Below are positions 24,301-34,700 of a DNA stretch of 64,000 nt, piece by piece. Below the pieces are notes generated by a model, which saw nothing but the letters and a program-made list of their open reading frames with translations, did not search any database and was not told where the DNA came from. The position numbers and the translations under genes are program-made. The stretch is from positions 3,472,001 to 3,536,000 of the forward strand of contig NC_088857.1 of NCBI RefSeq assembly GCF_963853765.1, read 5' to 3'. Every line of letters begins with the position of its first letter. The stretch's first letter is position 1. This DNA is from Magallana gigas. Taxonomy: Eukaryota.

Positions 24301-27300
24301 CTCACTCTCTCCATCCTATCATACAATATTTATACCTTCTTCATCCCTCACTCTCTCCATCCTATCATACAATATTTATACCTTCTTCATCCCTCACTCT
24401 CTCCATCCTATCATACAATATTTATACCTTCTTCATCCCTCACTCTCTCCATCCTATCATACAATATTTATACCTTCTTCATCCCTCACTCTCTTCATCC
24501 TATCATACAGTATTTATACCTTCTTCATCCCTCACTCTCTGCATCCTATCATACAGTATTTATACCTTCTTCATCCCTCACACTCTCCATCCTATCATAC
24601 AGTATTTATACCTTCTTCATCCCTCACTCTCTCCATCCTATCATACAGTATTTATACCTTCTTCATCCCTCACTCTCTCCATCCTATCATACAGTATTTA
24701 TATCTTCTTCATCCCTCACTCTCTCCATCCTATCATACAGTATTTATACCGTCTTCATCCCTCACTCTCTCCATCCTATCATACAGTATTTATACCTTCT
24801 TCATCCCTCACTCTCTCCATCCTATCATACAGTATTTATACCTTCTTCATCCCTCACTCTCTCCATCAACTTCTCTTTTTCTGTTTTCAGAAGAGCAATG
24901 TCGGTCTCCTTCCTCTTGACCTCTAACTGAAGGTCGTCTATCTCCAGCTGCATTTGCTACAACGAATTTCAAATGATGAATAAGTGTATGTTATCGTTAT
25001 GTACAAATGTTACATGTAGATGTGTTTAATACTCAGTGTTCCTGTTGATGCATTTTGGATTATGTTGTTTATGTTAATCCGGTAATTGTAACTTTTCTTA
25101 GCTTGGCTATGTTTAAGATTCACTTGATTTAAAAGAAGGGGAATGTTATAATTGAATTGGCATTTAAAAAATTGATATTGAAATCATCAGAAATGCTTAA
25201 AATCTTTGCCCCTAAAACTTTGTAGGCAGAATTGGCAGTGTTCTGCAAAAATAGCCACGTTACATATCTTTATTACTCTACAATACTGTAATTAATGCAG
25301 AAATGACCTACCCTGAGTTTGGCCAGCATTCTCTCCGCCTCAGCAGTCATTTTGGGGTGCATCTCAGTGGCTTTCTTCACCTGCTCCCGTGTATCACATG
25401 TTAAGAAAATTTTTATCTGTTAAATCATCAAGCTACATCTTATTTTAACTCTCATAACAAATACTCTACCAGATTATACAATGTAGCAACAGTCTGTAAA
25501 ACAATCTTAGGAGAGGGAAAGAATACTACATGTAGTGTATGTGAACATGATTACAAAGGATATAAGTAGTTTGACTCCAGTTCTAAAAAGTAGATTTGCT
25601 GCTGAAGATTCTTGATGTATTCTCCCTCTATGTTTTCTAGAGTAGAACTTTTCAGGGTCTTAAGATTTCTGGAAATCAGAAAAAAACCAATTTTAAATTG
25701 AATGTTCATAGCATAATTCTTGGATGTGCACCAGTTCTTTGATTTTACAAATTCTTTTACCAAGAAATACCACTTCATATAACTCACTACTGGTTTTCAA
25801 AAAAAAAAATTGTTTAGCAATGCAAACATAGAAGTATCTCTCAGAGAAATGTCTTGCTGTGCTGGCTGACATTTGAGGGCGTTCTTACCCTGATCCCCCC
25901 AGGGAGGCTGCCAGTGACCCAGTGCTCTTCCTCAGGCTGTTACTGGACTTGTGGGCTTTCTTACTGGAACTGGACATGGTGGGCAAGGACTGCTGGACCT
26001 CCGTCAAATAGGCACCTACAAAATCAAAAACAATGGTAATACCGGTTTGTGTCAAATTAGATGTCCTACCATTTTCAAGTACGCATCTACAAACAAACCT
26101 GCAATTGTCACCTGTGTTAAATATAAATTTCTCACTTAAACCTACAGTCAGCAAAGCAATTTTAGTTCTTTAGATCTAAGGTAACATTCAATTATTAATG
26201 TTTAGGAGGTTCACAGGTATATCCTGAATAAAACTAGAGAACATTTCAACAAGAATGAAAGCATTTCTTTAAAATTAATTTTCTATATACAGAGATATTT
26301 TGCCGTATGTAATTTTCGCCCTTGTACACTTGCAAACAGTTTACCCCATCTTTAATTTGCCCAAACGACAATTGTGTTTGAAGAGAGATAATTTGAGACA
26401 TTGTAATTTGCCAATTTCTAAATGAGACCACTGACAAAGAGGGCAAAATGGGCCAAAATGAAACGGGGAAAGTATTTCTCTGTATACAGTAATAAGTACA
26501 TGTTATTGTATAAACTTGATGCAGAATCTTAGAGGTGATTGTGAAACAATCCATACCAAAAAAAATACTGACAGTGAAGTATGTTTTTGTCCTCATTCAT
26601 CCTACACAGACTTATGAAATATAATTGAACTTCCTTCTACAAGTACTTAGAATATGAATTCCTAGTTCTCTATAATTTTACATGTCATTCTTTTAATAAA
26701 TACATGTTCAAATATGATTCAAAAGAAACAACTTCCTCAAGCTATTAAGTTTTCCTTTTATTGTAATTCAATGAATGCAAGTTTCACTGGTAAAATCAAC
26801 TTATGCTGAGAATGTCAAGAATGAAAAAAATATATTACTTTTTATAAAAAGTATGAATTATCAAATATGCATATTATGCAAGGATAATTTATGGTAAGGC
26901 TTTTCAGAGTTCTTGAATGAAATTAAATGCTCAAAATTTTGACATACATGTAGCATCAGATAGGAAATGTAAAGTTTTTCTCAGGCTCTGTAATTTTAGG
27001 TTTGAGCAACCATAATTATGTCACTACTGGCGTGCGACCAGTTCTTGCCAAGTACCATTTCTCACCAGTACATTGTGACGTCATTTTTCGTCTACAATTT
27101 TATGTGGTGATAAAATGATGTCACAATGTATTGGCGAGAAAAGATACTCAGCGTGAACTGATCGCACCCCAGTATAGTACAGTGCAAAACATGTAGATAC
27201 ATGTACAGGACTGGAATCTGGTGCAGATCTGGGACAGGTGATGCATGTAGTGCTAGGTGTGATAATCTTGCCAATGACTGCTAGGTAACATGTATACAAA

Positions 27301-28139
27301 CTATAACAAGTTGCATTCATTAGTTTTTGATATTTTGATTTTCTTAAATACCCCCATGTCCTCACAATATTAATTCATAAGAATGATAGAGCCAACAATG
27401 TTTCAATTAGAAAAGCATCACAAATGAACCGATATAGCAACACAAGATATAGCATATTGTAATATCAATACTAATAGACATTTACCTGTAGTCATTTTTC
27501 AAAAGATGATCAATTGTCAAAATCATGCACAGATTATATTTCAATACAGTGTTGCATTAGTACTAATAGTCCTTTTATAATATATAAAATTTGTGAGTAA
27601 TCTGTAAGCAATGACGATGCACAATCCTTATTATAAATCTGTGTCATAAGTGGGGATTTTACTTATCTACACAAAAGTTATACTTTCATTTCCATCCTCT
27701 GAAAAATACATTGAATATATGCAAACATGCAAACTTATGCACACAAAAAGCTTACAATGAACAAACTCTGATATTAATTTCTAAATTTGTACCTAAATAT
27801 CATTTTTTCACAAATCGGGTAAGATGTGATTATATATGTATAGGTATATCTGAACACTTTTGTTACAAATAAGAAGCTATTAGAAGTTGAACACAACATA
27901 GCCAGCTAGCAGAAGCTTTATCTAACATGGTGATACCATTTGGATGGTTTCCAAGCATCAGATTTACCTTTCTTTGTATGAGAGCGAGCACTGGTGACTC
28001 TAGAAGGCGATGGACTACGCGATCTCAGTTTCTGATGACTGTGATGGGTAGGTGAGGGGCTTCGAAGTGATCTGCTCCACTCTAGGACATCGGGTCCCTG
28101 ACAACCTATAGGTTCACTAATTCTCCCTGTCTCAGTCAT
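18387..28139 (-). CDS. Uncharacterised long coiled-coil protein, ~546 aa, 11 coding exons
   Basis: Exons 27968-28139, 25889-26015, 25564-25668, 25312-25390, 24842-24956, 22496-22680, 22247-22402, 20907-21068, 20480-20638, 19945-20112, 18387-18599 join in frame (1641 nt). E/K/Q/L heptad-rich; motifs EGEYIKNLQQQIYFLELESNYLREQ and QKWEEFEKLAENMRTLSHTM. First exon ambiguous. Confidence 0.85.
19135..19940. repeat. ~22-bp GTGTACATTATTGTGTACAG minisatellite directly after a donor
   Basis: Starts within a few nt of AAG|GTAAAC at 19944; source of ORFs 19034-20233. Confidence 0.9.
21293..22268. repeat. ~34-bp exon-end/donor repeat: 3 copies at 22156-22268 and detached copies at 21293-21420
   Basis: Minus-strand unit CAAGGTCACCAGTGATCTCAAG|GTGAGAGATAGGT. 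Confidence 0.8.
22790..24868. repeat. 46-bp minisatellite, ~45 copies, containing coiled-coil exon-5 end and donor
   Basis: Minus-strand unit GATGGAGAGAGTGAGGGATGAAGAAG|GTATAAATACTGTATGATAG; source of the 590-aa and 465-aa ORFs. Confidence 0.92.
25391..25563 (-). other. U12-type AT-AC intron (173 nt)
   Basis: 5' site TT|ATATCCTTT, branch-like TTCTTAAC at 25400-25407, terminal AC at 25392-25391; removal restores NYL-REQVKK in frame; no GT-AG alternative nearby. Confidence 0.9.
26283..26490. mobile_element. Degenerate TA-flanked MITE
   Basis: Ends TATACAGAGA...TCTCTGTATACAGTA are inverted; left end eroded. Confidence 0.5.
27027..27172. mobile_element. 146-bp palindromic MITE with TA TSD
   Basis: TA|CTGGCGTGCGACCAGTTC ... 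GAACTGATCGCACCCCAG|TA; inner arms ACATTGTGACGTCATTTT / AAAATGATGTCACAATGT. Confidence 0.7.
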
Positions 28140-28461
28140 GGTTAATTAGGTCACCGACTCTTCAGATAGTAGCTAAGCATGCAATGTTTTTCCACAGAAA
28201 CTAAATTGTGCTAGACAATGTTTATGTGCTGCTCTTCTATATCACTCAATTTGATGCAAGTTTTGCAAAATGCAAATTAATGACATATACCCTACTTATC
28301 AGCTCCCAACAAAAATATATGAGATAGATGCAGACACACACGACTATGTTATGCACCTTAATGTCAAAAAGTGCTGAACTTCTGTCAGTGTTGAAATGCA
28401 AGGATTGCAAACATATACAGGCAAATGATTCCCTTTTCCGATAAAGACGAAGCTTACAAAC

Positions 28462-28528
28462 CTCCTAAGTATTTCGGTGAAGACTTTGGACCCTTCTCTT
28501 TGCCAAATGTTGATGATGTTTTAGACAT
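28462..28528 (-). CDS. Candidate alternative first coding exon of the coiled-coil gene
   Basis: ATG 28528, MSKTSSTFGKEKGPKSSPKYLG then G|GTTTGT phase 1, compatible with the phase-1 acceptor at 26015. A competing GTAAGC donor 4 nt downstream makes the boundary uncertain. Confidence 0.45.
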
Positions 28529-28791
28529 AGCGAGGGAGAAACTTTACATGTATGGACGCGGCATCGGTTGAGAGGCAACAACATCAAAGCTAGGCGTGAT
28601 AGTTTCGTACTTCTCTTGCATCTGTATCATTTGTGACCATTCATTGGACAGTAGTAATGCGGTTGTCAATATTACTAAAAGCAAATATTATCATCAATTC
28701 TCTAACCCAAATTTGTGCATCTTTTTAACTTTCATATAAATTTACGAAACTTCACATAAACAGTGCGCGATCACGTGATTTTTCAGAAAAG
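28529..28791. promoter_or_regulatory. Short head-to-head intergenic region, probable bidirectional promoter, with CLEAR/E-box-like TCACGTGA at 28771-28778
   Basis: Divergent ATGs at 28528 (or 28139) and 28792; palindrome ATCACGTGAT 12 nt before the VPS11 ATG. Confidence 0.6.
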
Positions 28792-31700
28792 ATGGCCTTT
28801 CTGCAAGTAGGTGTTTCATTTTCATTTCTCTGTAAATAACACTTTTTTAGAGCTTGAAAAATTTTTTAAGAGAAAAAACACATGAAGTTTTACAAGGATT
28901 AACAAGGAGCTGTGTATATTTTTTTGTGACAAGACTGAAGCAACATGCAGGCAGTTGAGGAACATTGACCATGTTGACTGCCGGGTTTATCTTACATGTA
29001 CATATACACTGTACATGTATACTAAAGATTTTACTAAATCAAATGATAAACACAACATAAAACTTACTAATGTTTTTTTTTTTGGTTGTTTCTTTTAGTG
29101 GAGGAGGTTCAACTTCTTTGACAAGGAAATTCTTAAGGACACAGAGAGTGACCAAGTCTATGACAAATTAAAGGTACACACTTCCCAAAGTAATATGTAT
29201 ACATGTAATTTTCAGGTTAGAGGTCTTTGGGGTTTTACTATATAAAATTTGACTGTAAAGCCAATTTGAAGATAATTGTGCTGTAGATGCAATGTTTAGT
29301 TATTCATGGCTTCACTATATCATACAGGTGTCACCGTGTGTTCAATGATCAACCACATTTTGATGCAAACGTGTGCGAAATGTACAGAGATAATATACAA
29401 CTTTGGTATACTTGCAGTTGGCAAATCATGCTTAAATTTTGCTTTGTGCAATAACCAACCAATGCTCAAGGATAGAAATCACACAACTTGTTGGCTAAGA
29501 ATCACATACCATCAAAACCATGAGAAATTTGTATTCTAGATTATTAAAAATTTGAAATCAAAAAAGTAAATTCAATATTTAGGCAAAGTGCACTATTACA
29601 GTACATGTAATATTTGTCTGTTTCTAGTACTAACTAGTGATACTTTTGTTTTGCTTTACAGGATGTGAACATCTCGGCCTGTGTGAGTGGGCGGGGCCAG
29701 CTGATCGTGGGGGACCATGAAGGTTATGTGTACCTGATCAACAAACAGCTGAGCCTTAACATGTTCAAGGCGTACGAGATCCGAGTGTCGCACCTGTACC
29801 AATTAAAACAGCACAATCTCCTCGTCTCCATAGGGGTCAGATTTCTGTACATTTGTTCTTGTTCATAGTTAGATATTATTTAATTTTTGAGAAAAAGAAA
29901 TCAAAATATTTTGACCATTGGTAGTAATGTTGAGTTTTCATTGCACAGGAAGATGAACAGGGCATTAACCCTCTTATCAAAGTCTGGAATTTAGACAAGG
30001 TACTAGTACATGCTTTTTTGGTGCTGTTTGCTTTCATTTGAGAATTGCTATTTGTACGGTATCTTCAGAACTGTTAAAACATTTTAATTTATAGATGGAA
30101 AAAGGAGGACCTCTTTGTACCAGAATTAGCAGAGCCATTCCCAATAACAAAGCAACACCAGTAAGACTTAAAAATTCATAAAATAGCATAATGACAGGTG
30201 CTTGGTGGATTCACATACTAGTAAGAGAAAGACCTCTTTAATTTTATATCAATTTTGTTTGTATTGATTTAGTTATTTTTTGATGTAGGTTACATGTTTA
30301 GTTGTCCATGAAAACCTGAACTGGATGGCAGTAGGCTTTGAGAATGGGAGTGTCATGCTTTTCAAGGGCGATGTAACCAGAGACAGGTATGAATCTAAGA
30401 TACAGATATATTAAGATCTGTCGGGTCTCTTGTTCGATGTGGGATTCAACCTTTACACAGATGTTAATTAAAAAAATGAAAATAAGAAATGGCAGAGAAT
30501 TAACAATACTTTGGACTTTGGGTGGGATGTAAGTATCCTTTCTTGCATCAAAACAAGTTAAAAATGACACTGGTTTCAAGTGAAATATACACAGATTGCG
30601 TAGTCTTAGCTCAATAGCCAGCTAAATCTAGCTGATTTCAAAGTGCCATGGCTGAGTGGCCAACAATAAAATAGACAGACATGCGTCACATTGTTGTTAG
30701 TCACAACTTCCCAAAGTCGAAGCACCTTTTAAAATTGTTCTAATGTTAAGAAAAATATGGCATACTTGATATCCATTCTTTATTTCTAACAGACACAACA
30801 AGTCCAGGATTGTCCATGAAACCTCCAGGCCAGTAACAGCGCTGGAGTTTAGAACCCAGGGCAAAAATATTTTCCTCTTCGTGGTGACAGAAGCTAGTGT
30901 CGTCTCCATCAATATCTCAGGGAAACAAGACATCAAGGTAGGTCTCCAGGTTAGGCCTTTGTCTAGGAAGTTCAGGAAATAACAACAGCTGTTTGTGTCA
31001 TGCCATGATGGGGCAAAAAAACTAGCACAAAGTCCTGAGGATAATGATGCCTGTTAAACTTGAATATTTCTTCCAACATACTAAATAAAACAATTTGCAA
31101 AGTTTTCACTTAAGACATGTTCATTTTAATTTGTTAACAAAGATTAGATCTTTATTCTTCATACAACAGAATACAAGCCTCTATCAAATGTATATAAAAA
31201 TGTTTTTGGACATACGTTATTAATTGGTAAATTTCCAAAGTTAAAATGCAAGAAAGTCCTGTAGAATAAAGACTTGATCACCGTTTGTGTTGATAGAGAC
31301 TTTGACATGTTGTAGAACACGCTGGAACAGTTTGGTGGTAAGCTGGGCGGTGTGGTGATGAGTGACCACAATCAGGACAACCAGCTCGTGGTGGCCAGGC
31401 CAGATGTAAGTTTACCTTTTCATTCCAAAGTGAAAGTAAAAAAAATTGGATTTACGGCTCTATTTTCTCAAGTCATTTTTTCATTTAAAATATATGTGCA
31501 TGTATATGAGTTATGTACCAGTATATTAATAGGATTGTTAGAGTTTTTATGCAAGAAATTCTGGACCCTCTAAAAAGTAAAGATGTGCCTTTTTCACTCC
31601 CCACAGGCGGTGTACTTTTACCAGTCAGATAGCAGGGGGCCTTGTCTCGCCTTTGAAGGGGAGAAGTTACGCCTCCACTGGTTCAGGAACTATCTGATCG

Positions 31701-34700
31701 TAGTCGGCAAAGAGGATAAAACTCTGCCAAGGCCTGTACAGTTGTAAGTTTACAACTTCTAGCTGGATTTTTGAAAAAAAAATTGATTGAATGAAAGCTG
31801 AACGCCTCTCGTAAATAGACACTGTCCGCCGTGTTTCTCTTTCGTCACTGATGTCCCTACAACCCCTATATCAGGCACAGACCTCTAAACAGTTCAAAGT
31901 ACTTCGCTGTAGAGGTCTCACCTGTGTGGACGTACATCTTGACTCACAGTGTTACTCGGTCATGATATAATTATCAAATTTTACACGCTTCTTTCAAGCC
32001 AGGAGAATACTAACATCAAATAAGTTGGTCAATGCATTATTTACAAATAGAATATGCACATACAATAAGAAATAAATGCATAAAATCAAAAGACCACAAA
32101 AGGAATACTACACTTCGGCCACGAGTTTCAGGTGTACAATCGGGTGTAACGGAATTGAAGGGTTTATATATCAGGTATCTGTCTGACGGTGCCTATTTAT
32201 GAGCAGTGTTCAGCTTTAATGTTCTTATAAAAAATCTTAAGCTAATCAAAGTTATGTAGAGCATTAACATTGCATGCAAGACTATCATTTTCCAGCCTTG
32301 AAATAATATAGTTAGATCACTGAGTGATTGAAAAGCAATAGTTATGACTAAAATTACCACTCTTCATAGTCTGAACACAGATGACTGGTAAAATGAGTTT
32401 GTAATGTGCATGTATATTCATTATTGTCCCCCTATGGCCCCTGTGTCTGGTATCTAAGCAGAGGGAGACTGTTAGAGCTCTACAATGTTTTATATAGCAG
32501 TGTTTATGTTTCTATCACACAGGGGAGGACAGACCATGGAGATGAACATCGTCACTGTGTACGACATCCAGAACAAGTTCATTGCTTACTCCGCCCCCTT
32601 CCCTGACGTCATTGACGTCCTCTCTGAGTGGGGCTGTGTGTACATTCTAGGAGGAGACAGAAAGGTCAGAGTTCAAACAGTGTACCAGTAAACCAATCGT
32701 ACACATTTGTTGCAGTTTTTGATGTCACTAGCTTTTTATGTCAATGTTGTTGGGAATTTACTTTTCATTTCTTTACAGATATATCAATTACAAGAAAAAG
32801 ATACTCAGACCAAATTAGAAATGTTGTTCAAGAAAAATAACTACACACTAGCCATCAGGTAATGTCCATGTTAAATTAGAGTTGTCTTTCTTGCCACAGC
32901 ATAATGTGATTTCCTCTGTATTAATAATGCTGTCAACTGGTGTGTTTTTAACCGGGTTTTCCAACGGAAAAATCCGGTTATTAAAATGGTGAAAATGGCG
33001 GGCGGGCGGCTGCCAAAAGGGTACCCTCATTGTACGGATAACTCCTCCTACAGTTTTCAAGATAGGAAGTTGTTCTCTTACAGATCAATTGTACATACAT
33101 GTATATCAGAGGTGTGCATAATGCTAGGATTTTGATTTCTGATAATTAATGAAAAAAATACCAGCTTTTGAACTTAGTCATTTTTTGGCAAAATATTGCA
33201 TATAGGGTACCCTTATTGTACGGATAACTCCTCCTACAGTTTTCAAGATAGGAGGTTGTTCTTTTGCAGAACAATTGTACATATATCAGAGGTGTGCATA
33301 TTACTAGGATTTTGATTTCCGATAATTTATGAAAAAAATACCAGCTTTTGAACTTAGTCATATTTTGGCAAAATATTGCATATAGGGTACTCCATTTAAC
33401 TGGATACGGGTTGACATGGATTATGGATACAGTTCACATGAAAGAAAACCCGGTTTGCTGTCACATTGACAGCTTTTCACTTGTTCTGTAAATGACTTGA
33501 CCCGTTTGGTACTGTTGCCTCTTCCTTGATCTTTCAGTCTGGCTAAAAGTCAGCAGTACGACCAGGAGGGGCTGATAGACATCTTCACGCAGTACGGGGA
33601 TCATCTATACAGCAAGGGGGACCACGATGGAGCTATAGACCAGTACATCAAAACCATCGGCAAACTCGAGGCCTCCTACGTCATTCGGAAGGTATAAATC
33701 TTGCCTATAATGAGGCAAACTGAGGGCCTCCTATGTCATTTTCAGGGTAAAACTCTTATTCATAATGTGGCAAACTGGAGGCCTCCAATGTCGTTCATAA
33801 GGTTAAAATCTCTGCCAATCTTTTCCATGAAAGTTTTCTCATTTACATCATACAGATGTTGTAACACATCAATTAGATAACACTTATTACCATTGTTTGA
33901 AAGTTTTGATTTAGAAGTAGCAGATTATACTGTTTCATTTGACCTGTTTTCAGACAGCAATTTCAGTATGAATTTCTGCACATCATGATTGTACATGATT
34001 GTACAAACCTTTGGGTTAATTTTTGGTGATTGATAAGTATTTAAATTCATCACAAATATACCAATGTGTAGTTTCTAGATGCCCAGAGAATCCATAATCT
34101 GACCAAGTACCTGCAGGCCCTCCACAAACAACAGCAGGCGACGGAGGAACACACCACACTCCTCCTGAACTGTTACACCAAGCTCAAGGACGTCAACAAG
34201 CTCGACGAATTCATTATGGTATTAACCGTACTTCTAGTCATCTTGTCATTGTGAATTCATTGATGAAATTATCATGGATTGAGTCATATCTCTGATAACT
34301 TGCATGTCTTTTCATCATGTTATTATGAATTCTTTGAGAAATTCATCATGATATTAATCACACTTCAATTTGTCATGTTATTATGATAACAACTGACAAA
34401 ATCATGGTATAGTACATGTAAATATATTAATGAAGACATTGTCAATTCATCAATGAATTCAACATGGTGTTATCATAGTGGTGAGGAATTCATCATGATA
34501 TAAAGGTTATAGTTACAGCTGTGCTTTAAGAGAGTTGATTTCATACTTCAGTAGTATCTGGTTAAGTGATACCTGAACTAAAGATTAAATCATGGAGTGA
34601 CATTTAGGAATTTTTAAGATTATTTCACAAGTAAATATTAGAATTGAACACAGAGGTGTAAAAACAATCCTTTAGATGGTTATTGATGCTGTGTGTGGTG

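Noticed and set aside
23154-24926. 590-aa and 465-aa plus-strand ORFs
   Set aside because: Antisense read-out of the 46-bp donor array; periodic peptide, non-ATG start for the 590-aa ORF, inside an intron.
18387-28139. Assigning a gene symbol such as ODF2-like or myosin tail to the coiled-coil gene
   Set aside because: Only generic heptad composition; I do not recognise a family-specific motif.
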